64,000 nucleotides of DNA, taken from Ginglymostoma cirratum (lineage: Eukaryota). The number at the start of each line of letters is the position of its first letter. Within the stretch, counting starts at the first letter, position 1. Shown here one piece after another: positions 1 to 13,900 of the stretch. Location: contig JAHRHZ010000002.1 in the NCBI GenBank assembly GCA_024137785.1, positions 10,891,263 through 10,955,262 on the forward strand. Reading direction: 5' to 3'. The notes beneath the pieces are model-generated. The model searched no databases. It had not been told where the DNA came from and saw nothing but the letters and a program-made list of their open reading frames with translations. A program made the position numbers and the translations under genes.

Positions 1-329
1 GATTTAACTTTTTGTAAAGGTACTAACTGTAACAAAGGACCTAAAACACGTTTAAGTAAACATTAACTTTGTGGGCAAATTATACTGCGAACCATTGAAT
101 TAAATGCTACCTTTTTGTGTTTTGGCACAACTGACAAAACACAATTGTGCATATTTTCCTGATTAATCTATTCACCCCAGTCGTCTGCAATAGGTGGGAT
201 TTGAACCGAAGCCTTTCGGCGGTTTAATGAGGCAACAACACCATCACTGTGCCATAAGAACCCTCATCACATGACGCAGTCCTTCAAGTAGACATTCACT
301 TCTCCCAGAATCAGTCAAAATGATTCTTA

Positions 330-995
330 ATTCCAAAAAGTTTACATCTTTTCTTGATTCTCTGAATGGGATGAGGCAAACTGAAATAAACATTAAGAAT
401 GCATGCAAGATCTTTGGGTTTATAAATACAGGGACAAAGAATAAAACCACTTCTTCCAATCATTGGTCAGATCACATTTGGAGTATTGTGTTCAGGTCTG
501 GTCAGCTTGCATAAGGGAGGATGTTAAAGACCTGGAGAGACTTCAAAGGCTGTTTACTGGAATGATACCAGGAATAAGGGATTTTAGATACAAGGAAAGA
601 TTAGAGAGATTGGACCTAGCATCTTTGGAGCAGCAAAGATTAAGAGGTGACCTTATTGAGGCGATCAAGATTAAGATTAAGATTAAGTTTTGACAGTGTC
701 AAGAAGGATATTCTGCTTCTACCAGTCAGTCAGTAGGTGTTGCAATTTTAAGACTGTCAGCGGGACAGTTAGGAGTGGGTTGAGGAGAAATTTCTTCACT
801 CAGATTTGTTCGGGTTTAGAATGCACTACCTGGGAGAGTGGTGGAGACAGATTCCATGGGAGGTTTCAAAAGATATCTGGATATTTATTTGAAATTGATG
901 ACTTTAGAGGGTTATGTGGATAATGCTGCAGAATGGGGCTAGCTGGGTAGATCTTTTGGGAGCTGGCAAAGACAGGATGGGTTGAATATCCTCCT
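330..995 (+). mobile_element. CR1 LINE 3' fragment
   Basis: VRSHLEYCVQVWS..LERLQRLFTGMIPG..RLRGDLIE. Confidence 0.8.
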
Positions 996-999
996 CTAG

Positions 1000-2240
1000 A
1001 ACATAAGATATAGGATCAGAATTAGGCCATTTGATCCACTGAGTCCACTCCACCATATAATCATAGCTACTATGTTTCTCAACCCTATTCTCCTGTCTTC
1101 TCCCTGTCACCCTCGATCCCCTTCGTAATCAAGAATCTATCTATCTTTGTCTTAAACAAACTCAATGACTTGGCCTCTACAACATTCTGGGGCAATCCAA
1201 TGTGCAGATTTAGCACTCTCTGGCTGAAGAAATTCTTCTTCCTCTCAGTTCGAAAAGGTTGTCCCTTCACTGTGAGCTTGTGCCCTCAGCTACGAGTCTC
1301 TCCTGGGAGTAGAAGCAACTTCTCCATGTCCAATGCATCCAGGCCTCTCAGTATTCTTTAAGTTTCAATCAGATCCTCCCCCTTGTCCTTCTAAGCACTA
1401 TCGCGTATAGAACAAGAGCCCTCAACTTCTCATCAGATGATGGGCCTTTCATCCCCAGGATCATTCTTGTCAACCTCTGGATCCTGTCCAAAACCATCAC
1501 ATCCGTCCTTAGATATTGGGACTAAGACAGCTCACAATATTCCAAGTGCAGTCTGACCAGAGTCTTATACATCTTCAGCAGTACATCCTTACTCTTGTAT
1601 TCTAGTCCTCTAGAAATGAATGCTCACACTGCATTTGCCTTCCTTACTACCAACTGAACCTGCGTGTTATCCTTAAGAGAATTCTGAACTAGTACTCCCA
1701 AGTCTCTTTGTGCCTTACTTTGCCTGGAAAATAGTCTACACCTCTATTCTTACTGCCTCAGTGCATAACCTCACACTCTCATGCTGTATTACATCTGCCA
1801 CTTCTTTGTTCACTCTCCTAACCTGGCCAAGTCTTTTTGCAGCCTTTCCATTTCCTCAATACTGCCTGTACATTCCACTTATCTTTATGTCACCTGCAAA
1901 TTTAGCAACAATGCCCTCAGTTGCTTAATTAAATTTGTTAATGTACAATGTCAACAGTTCTGGTTCCAATATTGACTCCTGTCGAACTCCACTAGCCACC
2001 AGCTGCCATCCTGAAAAAGACCCCTTTCTCCCCATTCTCTACATTCTTCCAGTTGTACAATCCTCTATCCATGCCACTACTTTATCTCTGACATCTTATG
2101 TAGCAGCTTACTGTGTGGTACCTTGTCAAATGCCTCCTGGAAATCCAAATGGATCACATCTGCTGCCTTTCCTTTGGATAACCGGCTCGCTACTTCCTAA
2201 AGAATTCTGTTAAATTTGTTAGGTATGACAACCCCTCATT
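1000..2240 (-). mobile_element. CR1 LINE 3' fragment
   Basis: Reverse complement of RT and C-terminal region (KNFFSQRVLNL) with ttcttatgt-type tail at about 1000. Confidence 0.8.
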
Positions 2241-2319
2241 GAATCGACCATCATCTAAGTCCTCTAGCCCTCCTGGAGAGAAACACGGCATTAGCAACCC
2301 TATGCCCAGAGGAAGAGAG

Positions 2320-2352
2320 GGAGAAGAGAAGAGAAGAGAAGAGAAGAGAAGC
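2320..2352 (+). repeat. (GAGAA)n microsatellite
   Basis: Direct inspection. Confidence 0.9.
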
Positions 2353-2849
2353 AGTGCAAAGTGAAAAGAAGGGACGAGAACAAAGGAATTGTGCAGCCTG
2401 ACCAGTCCAACATTCCAGGTAATGTGTTTTGATCTAAGTGCACTATTGAGTTAATAAAAGGGTGACTGGGTTGGTTTCTTTCAACAGTTTACAATTGTAT
2501 TTGGGAATATTTTGATACATGGATATTTTTGACAATTGTGATATTTCGTATTTTTGGATACTTTGTATTTGAGGCTTTAGAGAATAGAGGAGTGAATCGA
2601 TTAAGTTCGTACTGTGTGTCTTCTTGATTGATTGGATCATTCATTATCACGTGTATTCCATGTAAAAATACAGTGGAAAGTGTGTACCTTCACCGTACAT
2701 ACATGGTGCCATTCACATTAACTTACAAAAAGATAAGGGAAAAAGATAACTTAACCGAGTCCAACTTTCCTTTCCACTGCTGCAGTCTCACTCTGGGATT
2801 TCCAGCCCTTGTCATGCCTGCTCCAGGGGCACACTCACACCATTACTGG

Positions 2850-3230
2850 TTCACCTTCCCCGCTGTCACAATCACTGCCTCACCGGCCCTACTGTCAGGT
2901 CACTGCCTCACCATCCCCGCTCTCACCATCACTGCCACACTGTCCCCACTCTCACTGTCACTGTCTCAAATTCCCCACTCTCACTGTCACTGCCTCACCG
3001 TCCCCGCTCTCACCATTTCTGTCTCACCAGCCCGACTCTCATTGTCACTGCCTCACCATCCCCGCTCTCACTGTCACTGCCTCACTGTCCCCACGCTCAC
3101 CATCACTGTCTCACCATCCCCTTATCACTGTCACTGCCGCACAGGCACTCTCACTGTCACTGTATCACCGTCCCCCTGTCACTGTCTGACTGACACCCTA
3201 TCACTGTCACTGTCTCACCGTCCAGCTCTC
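2850..3230 (+). repeat. Degenerate (TCACTG/TCACCA)-based minisatellite
   Basis: Repeated ctctcactgtcactgcctcaccatcccc units; the source of the spurious 207-aa and 126-aa ORFs. Confidence 0.85.
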
Positions 3231-4039
3231 GCTGACCCACCCTTAACCTGACACACTCGCTCTGGCCCACGATCAATCTGCCACCACTGCAGGACTCAAA
3301 GCATATGTGTTCAGCTCCCACCATCTGGCTCCCAGTCATGACCTGGCTCCTCCCTGACTCCTGGGTAGGTAGCGAAAATGGATGCGTGGGGTATAATTAC
3401 AACAGAAGTAGAGAGAAGAAGTGAGGAACAAAAAGGAAGGACAAAGAAAGAAAGAGAAAGAGAACTGGAAAGCAGAGTCTCACTCCAAATGAGGGAATTA
3501 CCATGCTGCCATATTGGCATCATCTAGAATCACTTTCACTGATGTTAATTCTTGTCTCAGAGACAGTCAACATTTACTCGTAATTAGCACTTTGTAAAGA
3601 TCTTTTGTGCTGCAAAAGTGAGCTTTCCATGAACATGTAACATTTAGGGCGTTCTCATGTCAAAGGGGTGTTACGTTTCGCCAAAATAATAGTCACATGC
3701 AGACATGTTACTGACAACACTGGGAAGAATGTGCAGCAAGTCAGCATCGCAGTGAAGCAGACTGGGGAAAACACAACTGTGTGAGAATAGTTTCAGCGAT
3801 AGCAGATAATAACAAATGACAATGAGCACCTTTCTACCTGCCTGAGGCAGAAAATGACTTCACAGGACATGGTTTGTGACAATGTTCCCTCTGAACTGCA
3901 GTCACTCTGAGATTCTCTCTGTGTGAGGAGGTGAACAAAAATCAAAAAGTATGACAGGAAGGAGCAGTTAATGTGAACAGAAGAGTGCAACAGAAATGAG
4001 AAGCAGAATGAGTAATAAAGCTAAACTATCAAAGCTTAT

Positions 4040-4540
4040 AAAGAGATGTACAGCACAGAAACAGACACATCAGTCCAACTTGTTTATGCTGAACAGATCT
4101 CTTAAATTAATCTAGGCGCATTTGCTGGCATTTGGCCCATTTCCCTCTAAGTCCTTCAGATTCCAGATGTCTTTTAAAAGTTCTAATTGTACCAGCCTCC
4201 ATCACATCCTCTGTCAGCTCATTCCATACACGCAACACCCTCTGTCCCTCAGGCCCCTTCTTTATTTTTTCCTTCTCATCTTAAACATATGCCCTAAAGT
4301 GGTGGACTCCCCTATCCTGGAAAAAAGACTTTGGCTATTCACTCCAGCCATACTCCTCGTGATTTTATAAACCTCTATGCTGCAGACTCCGACGATTCAG
4401 GGAAAACAGCCTCAGCCTATTCAGCCTCTCCCTATAGCTCAAACTCTTCAACCAAGCAACATCCTTGTTGAAATCTTTCCTGCACTTTTTCAAGTTTGAC
4501 AATATCCTTTCTAGAACAGGGAGACCAGAAATGAATGGAG
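4040..4540 (-). mobile_element. HER1/CR1 LINE 3' fragment
   Basis: Shares the acagcacagaaacagac..ccatttgc..catttggcccat 3' end seen in many copies. Confidence 0.7.
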
Positions 4541-4789
4541 TACTCCATCAATGCTGTTTATTTGAACGCACACACAGTATTGGTAATAAGATAGATAAGT
4601 TCACAGCACAAATATACAGGAATGCACGTGATTTGATAACTGTTACACAGATGTGGTTGTAGCATGACCAAGGCAGAGAACTCCATATCTAACGGTTTTC
4701 CTTGTTCTGAAAAATTGATAGAAGGGAAAAGGAGGTGGGGTGGCATTGTTGATAAAGGATTTTTTCAGTGCTCTAGTGAGTAGTATCAT

Positions 4790-5490
4790 CATAGAACCCC
4801 GACAGCGTGGAAACAGGACCTTCGGCCCAACAAGTCCACATTGATCATCAGAGCATCCCACCCAGACACATCCCCTATAAGCAAACCTAATCTGTGCATC
4901 CCTGAAGACTATATGGGCAATTTATCATGGCCAACCCACCGAGCCTGCACATCTTTGGATCGTGGGAGGAAACCCACGTAGCCACGGGGAGAACGTGCGA
5001 ATTACACACAGACTAGGGTGGAATTGAACCCTAGTTCCTGGTGCTGCGAGGCAGCAGTGCTAACCACTGAGTCACTGTGAAAGAGGTGCAATAGACTGTG
5101 ATGTCAAATCAATTTGGGTGAAACAAAGGAGGGAAATTTTTGGTAGGACTTTCCTATAGGCCCTCAAGATTTGCCTGACTGAGGGACAAAGCATCAACTA
5201 GAAAACAATGAAGGTGTGCCTCATCACAGAATCTCTACAGTGTGCAAGCAGGTCATTTGGGCCGCTGACAAGGACCCCAACCAGACCCATCTTGTAACTC
5301 TGCACTTCCCATGGCTAAACCACTTACCCTACACATCCCTGGACACTATGGACAATTTAGCATGGGCCAATCCACCTAGCCTGCTCATGGGACGAAACCC
5401 ACGCAGAAATACGGAGAATGTGCAAACTCCACACAGACAGTCAGCCAAGGGTGGGATTGAACCCAGGTCCCTGGTGCTGTGAGGCAACAG
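4790..5490 (-). mobile_element. Two HE1-type SINEs (4790-5080 and 5225-5490)
   Basis: Reverse complement of the 23467 element (gaggcagcagtgctaaccactgag). Confidence 0.75.
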
Positions 5491-5939
5491 TATTGTGAGG
5501 CCTCCAGTGTTGATAACGTCATTGTAAATCTTTTCTTCACCCTCTCCAATTTATTAGATGTGGGCATCACTAGATAGGCCAGCATTTATTGCCTATCCTG
5601 CGCACTGCTTGAAATACATTTTTTGTATTTAGACACACAACACCAATAAGGAGGGAGTTCCAGTAACACTGAAGGTAAGGTGGCATGACTCCAATTCTGA
5701 GTGATAAGTGGCTTGAAGGGGAACTTACAGGTTGTGATGGTTCCACCTATCATAGAGTGAGTGAATGTTTGTGGATGTGGTGCCATTCAAACTTCTTGAG
5801 TATTGTTGAAGCTGCACTCATCCAGTGGGGAACTTTCCATCACACTGCTGACTTGTGCCTAGTAGATGGTGGACAGGATTGGAAGTTTCAAGAGGTGAGT
5901 TGCTGCAGGATACCTCGCCTCTGACCTGTTGGTGTCTTC

Positions 5940-7260
5940 ACAGTATTTGTGAGCTTGAGTCTGTGAGAATGCACTTTTGAGTGTATATCTTGCGATGTAT
6001 TGGTGAGAGTGAGTCTATGAGAGTGCATTGGGAAGTGAGTAAGTTGTGTATTTGTTGGCATGTGTCCATGAGACTGTGTGCTTGAGAGCCCGAATCCTGT
6101 TCCATATCTTTGAGAGTGTGTTTTTGAGAGTGTGGATCTGTGTTGAGTGTCTGTGGGAGTGCACATGGGAGCATGTGTCTATGTATGTGTGTGTGCATGT
6201 GTGTCTGTGACAATGTCTATCTTGTATTTATATGCGACAGTGCGTATATCTGTGCTGTGTGTCTGTGAATGTATCTATCTGTATGTTTATGTGTTATATG
6301 TCTGTATGTGACTATCTGGGGTGTGTGTTTCTGAAAGTCTGTATCCGTCATGAGTATCTGTGACAGTCTGTACCTGTGTTGTATGTCTGTGACAGTCTGT
6401 ATCTGTAATTTATGTCTGTGACATTCTGTATCTGTATTCTCTGAGTTGTGTCTGTGACAGTGTCTACCTGTGGTGTGTGCGGAGCTGTGTTCTGTGTCTC
6501 TGACAGTGTCAACCAATGGTGTGTGTATGTATCTGTGTTGTGCCTGTGATAGTCTGTATCTGCGGTGTGTATGTATCTGTGTTGTGTGTCTGTAACAGTG
6601 TGTATCTGTGGTTTGTGTGTAACCGTACGTGTCTGTGACAGTCCGTATCTGTGGTGTGTATATGTATGTGTTGTCTGTATGTCTGTACGTGTGTTTCCCT
6701 GTGCACTGTCTCTGTGATTTGGCTGCACCTGACAGTGCATATCTGTGTTATGTATGTGTGAGCATGTTTTGTGAACCGATGTCTGTGAGAATGTGCATAT
6801 GTGCCTTTGAGAGTGTATCTTGTGTTACGTATGTGTGTATCTTTTACAGAAGTTTGTGAGACTGTCCATGAGACTGTCCCTGTGAGTGTATGCACTATAT
6901 TTGTGTGTCTGTGATATTACGTATGTGTCGTGCATCTGTGAGTGTGTCTGAGTATATGTGCTATATCTGCGGTGTTTGCGCGGGCATATCTGTGAGTGTA
7001 TGTGTTGCACGCTTGTTAGTGAGTGTGTGCGTGTTTATGTGCCATGGACAAGTGTGCCAGTGAGTACCTCGATATGAGAGTGTCTCTGTCATTACGCCCC
7101 AGTTACTGACTGTGCTTTTTTTGTCGACAGATTGTACATATTTCTGTAACCTTTTTGCCTGTGTGCGTGTGTGTGTCTGTGAGTGTGTGCGTGTATGCGC
7201 GTGTGTGTGTGTGTGTATGTGAGACAGAGTTTCGGTGTCACATCTTTCTATATGTGAGAG
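5940..7260 (+). repeat. TG-rich low-complexity tract (gtctgtgacagtctgtatctgt-type units)
   Basis: Direct inspection; the His/Thr-rich minus-strand ORFs here are artefacts. Confidence 0.85.
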
Positions 7261-7319
7261 TCTGCCACAACGTCTATGCACTCTTGATAACATCTCCCAG
7301 CCCTTGATCGTTCAGATAC

Positions 7320-7760
7320 AGAACCGGTGGAGTTTATCTTTTACTTTCTGCTAGAGGAAGAAACAGCGGGGGTTATTGCTGAGAAATATTTCTGTGCTCG
7401 TGACCAGCCGGATTAAAATAGAGACGGGGTCCCGCTTGCAGTCTACCTGTCAAACCGCCTTGGAAAGGAAAGAATACCGGCGGGTTTATTTGGGGACAGG
7501 CGGAAAATGAATGCTGATGCGAACGTGAGGAATTTCACACAAGCAGAGCGGCTCTGCGGAAACTGAGGCGGGTGGAGGATTTGTTTTTATCTCTTCTGTT
7601 TTTAAATTGACTCGCCTGCCAACGACCTGGGGCTGTACAGTCACAGGCTCTGCTGTGAACCAGCCCTTTTCGAGGAGACTGCAATTTTCAAATTATTGTG
7701 TGATGCATGCGCCGAAAGTCAGAACGAAAATCACAAACCCCTGACATTTCGGGACAGAAT
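7320..7760 (+). promoter_or_regulatory. Putative promoter region of gene 1
   Basis: Locally CpG-richer unique sequence with several ETS-like GGAA cores (gaggaag, gcggaaaatgaa, gcggaaact), upstream of the donor at 7800. Confidence 0.3.
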
Positions 7761-7799
7761 GAGAATGTGGACGAAATTGGAATCGGATTTTGGAATAAG
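7759..7799 (+). CDS. Candidate first exon of gene 1 (5'UTR, or in-frame N-terminal extension MRMWTKLESDFGIRR)
   Basis: Strong donor AG|GTGAGC at 7800, just downstream of a CpG-richer stretch. The ATG at 7759 splices in frame to the acceptor at 10883 and the ATG at 10887. Confidence 0.4.
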
Positions 7800-10700
7800 G
7801 TGAGCTGCATTGGAACAGGGACTTGACATAAAGAGATTTTTTAAAAAAACTCTGGAGAGCTTTTCTCTTTTTAAATAAAAGCAAGATACCGTGGATGAAG
7901 TGACTCTGTGACAGAGTCTGCTGGGGAGACTCAGCAGATCTCTGTGGACACTGAGAAAGAAACTGAATTCGAGTCTGGAATGATCCTCGTGTGCAATTTC
8001 CACTTTAATTTCTTCATGTGGAGGTGCCGGTGCTGGACTGTGGTGGACAAAGTCAGAAGTCACACGACACCAGGTTACAGTCAAATGTTTTTAATTTGAT
8101 ATCACAAGTTTTCCGAGCGTTGCTATGAGGTAGACTCAAAAGCTTGCTGCCTGTGCAGAAGTTATTGTACGCTCAAGGTAATGGGCTCAAATTTCATTCA
8201 TTAAGTGGGTGAGAAATGTGAATGTATGTAGTGCCAAGTTTTCGGTCCCAGTGTGAAGATTCAGCATTTTTTTGAAAATCCAGCGAAAGTAGCGGACGGA
8301 TGTAAGTTTCGCGTTGCAATATCACCGACGATAATTGTTATTTTGCTTCAAGGAAGAAAATATTGCAGATTTCCTTCATATCCATACGTTTTACTTGAAG
8401 TCAGGTTTTGATTTCTTGGCAAAGTGAACCTCTTTCTTGACCTTTTCCGCTCGTTCCCAAGTGTGATCGACTGTTGGTGGGTGAGAGATGGATTTTGCCT
8501 TGTTCATTCCTCAGAATGTTACACTGGACTCGAAACATTAATTCTCCTCTCTCCACAGATGCTGCCAGATCTGGTGAGTTTCTCCGGCGCTTTATGACTT
8601 TGTTTTTGTTCTTGTTTCAATTTCAGCTTTCCAACATCGACAACATTTTGCTTTCATCTCCAAATTTGGAGATTTTGCTGAGCGAGGGGAGAATTTAGCA
8701 TCCGGAGACCATTGTTAGGGGAGCAGCCGTTTATATTTGGCAGTGTTAAGGTGCAGTTGTGTCCCTGTCACTCCCAATCTCAACCAATCACATTCAGCAC
8801 TGCTACGCAGACTCCCCAGCCGAAAGGAATAGCACCAGCTGTGCAGGAATACAGGAGCAGACCATTCTGCCCCGACAGCATATTCCGTCATTCAATGAGA
8901 TCTAACTGCATTTGACCCATATCCCTCAGCTCATTATGATTTTATCGTTCATCTATTGGCCAGCCTCAACCACGCTGCTGTGGGCCTGGAGTCAGGATAG
9001 GTCACAGGGACATGAGTGAACCAGATGGATTATCCCGACAATTGGCAATGAATTCGCGGTCATCATTAGACTCTTGATTCCAGATTTTTATTGAATTCAA
9101 ATTCCACCATCTGCAGTGGTGAGATTCGAAACCCAGTTCCCAGTTCCCAGAGCTTTATTTGGGTTAGCAGTCCAGTGATAATACCACGAGGCAATCACGT
9201 CCCCAGAACCTACCTCATATCTAAAATTAGCAACTGATCAACATCCAGTTTGTTGAAGGCAGTTCCAAACATCTATCACCCTTTGTGTGTAGGAATGTTT
9301 CCTAACATCTCGACTGAAGTCTGACTTTAATTCATAGACACATAGGAGAACGCTGTCCCAACTGATTCGCATGTGCTCTGTAGTTACATTATTCCACAAT
9401 ATCATTTAGATTCCAATACATTTTGTCTCTCAATTTGCATCCATAATGTCTAGATCCTGCCTGAATATTTTCAATCTGAGCCTACTTGCAGCTGACATTT
9501 GAACCAAGTCTTCTCACTCCAAAATAAGGATAGTACCACTGTGCTGCAAGAGCACCATAACTATGCCACCTATCAAACCTGAGTGAGGAGCCGCCAATTA
9601 ACCTGGTAATTCTGTCCAACTGTTATAAAGTCATCGAGTTACACAGCACAGTAACAGACCCTACGGTCCAACCATTCTACGATGGCCATAATCCCAAACT
9701 AACCTCGTCCCACCTTCCTGTGCTTGGCCCATACCCCTTCAATTTCCTGTTCACGAACCTGTCTAAATGCATTTTAAACATTGTAACTGTAGCCACAACC
9801 ACCACCTCCTCTGGATGTTCATTCCACACACAAACCACTCTCTGTGTAAAAATAAAGTTGCCCCTCATTTCTTTTTTAAATCTTTCTCCTCTCTATTTGC
9901 ACTCAGTCATTTACTCCTTGCCTCATCCCCCCCCACCCTATCTTCTGCATAAAAACTACCTGCTACCATCAGTTCTGAAGGAGGATTACACTTGATTTCT
10001 CTCCACAGATGCTGCCAGACCTGCTCAGTTTTTCCAGCAATTTCTGTTTGTTTTAGAAAACAATAAACTGGCTTTAACCTTTTCTTATTGTATTTTAGGC
10101 TTGTTTCAATCTGAAGGACTAGAGTTCACTGAGAGACTTTGTTGTTTTCATTTATTCCATTGCATTGATTTCTGGTCAAGGATCTTCCACATTGGGAACG
10201 GAAAAGTTCCTGGATTGATGCTTCAAGAAAATAATTCTTAAAAATTAAAAGTCATGGATTGGTGACTCCAGAAGCATTCAGACACAAAGTTGAATTTATT
10301 TGCTTTCGATTCAGGATGTCCCAGGCCCCAAAGGCTTTTGTTGATCTTCAGTTTGAATGCATCCTCATGGGACTGAATGTACACTTGGGGGCAATTTAAC
10401 AATGGCAGAATGGATGCGCAGTTGGGTGAAGTGAGGTTCGTAGCTGCCGTGTAGCACTCAGAGAGGAAGCTCAAGACCCCGATCATCATCCATAATGACC
10501 TTCACCATCTAATGTGGGTTAGCCATGGCTGAGTGATGTTATCACCAGATGGTTAATTCAGAGATCTCAGCTGATTGCTGGGGACTTGGGCTCAAATCTT
10601 GCCATGGCATATTGAATTCTTCTCTTTAAAGGAAATCTTCACTTAAAAATCTAATGATGACCAGGGAAAAGCCCACACAATGTACATTAGGGAAAGAAAC

Positions 10701-10886
10701 TGCCATCCTAAACTAGTCTGGGCTACTTGTGACTCACCCTCTGTGCAATAAATGCTGAATTAGGCAGAGATGCCCTCGTCTTGTGAATGAAGGGAAAACA
10801 AATTACAATGATGAGTCTTCGTCTTTGGTGCCAAGAGTGTTAATTTCACATTCCGTGCAATTTATTTGTTTACCCATTGCAGGAGG

Positions 10887-10929
10887 ATGAACCCAAGCCC
10901 CATCTTTTGGATATTGGCTGTCTTCTCGG
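10887..10929 (+). CDS. Gene 1 leader (signal peptide) exon MNPSPIFWILAVFS(G)
   Basis: Acceptor ttgcag at 10882, ATG at 10887, hydrophobic core, donor G|GTAAGT at 10930 in phase 1. Same 43-nt coding length as the gene 2 leader. Confidence 0.85.
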
Positions 10930-13900
10930 GTAAGTATCAGTACATTATTTATAAACTTTATGCATTGGTGTATGGAGATTGTGCAAATAAAGGCAATAGT
11001 GCATGGTCCAAAAGACAAGCAAATTAGACTGAGTGCAATGAGATTGCTGAACAGTATCGCTTCTGCTGTAAGCTACCACAACTTCACTATGACGTAGCTC
11101 GACTCATCTACTGTTGCAAAATTATCAACCTCTTTGCCTAGCATTTATAAATTATACAGCACGGAAGCAAACGTTTTAGTCTAACTTTTCCACACTGTCC
11201 AGACATCCAGTCTGACCTTATCCCATTTGCCAGCATTTGGCCCGTATCCTTTAGCCCCACATGCCTTTTAAATGTTGTAATTGTACCCGATTCCAATACT
11301 TCCTCCGGCAGCTTATTCCATAAATGCACCACCTTCTTCAAGAACAAAGTTATCTTGTAAGTCCTTTTTCAATCTTTCCCCTTTCATCTTAAAACCATGC
11401 CATCTAGTTTTGGAATCCCCCAATGGAGGAAAACAGAAATTTCCTTTTGTTAATTATTTTTGAAGGCCAAAACCATTCCCTCCAGTTCCCCACAACTAAC
11501 TCTATCTGGTTCCATGTCAAGTGTCTTGAGGATGAAGCAGAGCATAAAATCTTGGTGTACATAGAACTTTGAGTTGAACCTCTTCACTGAGATTCATGTC
11601 TTTGGATCATTTACCACTCATTTCCATCTTCATAAAGCTGCCTGATTCCACCAAATCTCAATTCATCTGATGCTGGAACCATCAGAGATGCTATTGTTAT
11701 CTCTATACTTGACTGCACTATGAGCAATTTGACATTGCTACCTCTGTAAACCTGATCTCATCCAAACCGCTGATCGTCCTGCCATAAATGTCACAATGTG
11801 CTCCCTCCCAGCCCTGCTGGCAGAGTGGACGGTAATATAAGGTCATTGTGCAGGACTAATGCTGTATCAACGCACTTACAAGTCCTACCAGGCAAGTGGT
11901 GGAATTAAGATTCATCATTGTCGAGGTCTGGAGTACATGGCTCGTCTCAATGATGTTGACGCTAACATTTGTTATTGATGGTTCATTAATGTCTTTTATG
12001 TAAGGAAGTCTGCTATCTGTACCTGGCCAGGGCTACATGACCCATAACAATAACATTGACTCTTAAATAGACCACCAAACCATACAGCTCAATGGCAGTT
12101 ACGAATGGGCAACCAGTGTTGACCTTACAAGTGATAATCAGATCCCCTGTAAAGTGTACAGTTATGAAACAGGGAATTTGACCGAACCAGCATTATCTCC
12201 AGTGTTTTACTGCAAATGAGCCTCTTCTCATTTCTTTTCCTCTCCTCCTACCATTTTATTCCATTTTCACTCATGTCTCACTGGCTTTCCCTTAAATACA
12301 TCCGTGTTATTCACCTCAACTATTTCGAACAATTGAAAGTTTCCCTATTATCATTGGGTGAAAATTTTTTTCTTGAACTACTTTTTGAACTTATTCCTGG
12401 CTATTTTGAATTCATGGCCCCTAGCCAATTATGTTTGGTCATTCTTGAGTGTCTTTATATTGTGTAGATTAGAAGAAGGTCAGGAACATGCACGTTAATT
12501 TGTGCGCAGTCTAATCCCCCATTAATTTGATATGAAATTAAACAAACTCCGCTTTAGTTAATAACTGAATGGGCAGTCTGTTTTAAATATTAATTAAATG
12601 TTACAGCTTTCTTGTTGAAAATCTCCAGAATGCCCATTTGTGTAGAATAGAAGCCTTGTGTTTCAGACCTTGATATTTATGTCCAGGATGTTTCCACGAT
12701 CCAGGGTGAACAGAGGGAAGAAAATTGTTGCTGTTTTTTATACCCTGCATGAGTTGTCATCAGGGCTCAGAGTGACATTTCCAATTCAATCTCAGTCTTT
12801 TCCTGGAACTGAGGAGTTGTAGGACATTTCACTCCTTTCAAACTGGCCTTCTTATCATTTACCAATTTCCGACATCCTATCATTGCAGAGTCGAGTGCTT
12901 TGCTGTATTTACAATGCTTGATCTCTCATAGCTTTCTCAGTCACAGAGTCGCAGAGTGATCACAGAGTCATCCTTCCTTTCTCTGTCCTTCCTCATAGAT
13001 CTTGATACTTAACCTCCTTAGGTATTTTGCTGAGAGTTGGAGATTTCAAGAGTAGGGAGCATATGAGGGGTGAGAGATCTAAAATGAACGTGAGGGGCAC
13101 TTTTTTCAGGAAGTAGTTTGTGTGTGGAATGAACTTGTCGGGGAGTGGTGGATGTGGCTACAGTCACAACGTTGAAAAGGTATTTAGATAAGTCCATGAA
13201 TAAAAAATGTTTGGAAGAATATGCACCAACCGCAGGCAGGTGGTACTAGTTTAGTTTGGAATAATGGACTTGTTGGACTGAAGGGTCTGTTTCTGTGCTG
13301 TATGGCTCTATGACTCAGTAATATCAAAATAGCACATTGGGTCTCCTCGACATGGATGATTTCTGTGATAGATCACCACTGCAGCTTTTTCGAATAACGA
13401 GTTACATATACGTCCCTTTCATATCCTGCTTGTTGGAAGCCAAGTGGAAGGATTTGCTGTTTTTGGTGATCTGCCCAAAGAATGATTTAGCACAGTGATG
13501 CCCATTCCGCTCACCATGTCAGTACAAGGTTTCGAAAAGAGCTCTTTTGTAATTGGACCGGTATCCTTTCCCAATGAAGGGTGCAGTCAGCTTCCTTGTT
13601 CAAACTGTAATGGAATCTGATCCCACTGCCCTTTCAGACAGAGGACAGCATCTCACTGAGTGATTAAACGGTTATCTAAACGTTGCTGCACATTTCCTTC
13701 CCCCCAACCCTTCATTGAGCTGGTAATTTTTTTATTCGTTTTAACGTTGCCTCTCAAAGTTCCAACTTCCAATCACTTCCTCCCCTCTAAGTTTCAGGGA
13801 TCAGCGCCGAGAAGTTCCAAGTTGTTCAGAAACTTTCGACAATTCTGGCGGAGGAGGGTCAATCAGTCCTCATCCCGTGCGAGTGGACAGGCAATGCCTC

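Noticed and set aside
2628-3251. 207-aa Thr/Ser/Pro-rich ORF as a mucin-like stalk
   Set aside because: It coincides with a degenerate hexamer minisatellite that is open in several frames, with no convincing splice sites.
5888-7293. His/Thr-rich minus-strand ORFs
   Set aside because: They are translations of TG/CA low-complexity sequence.
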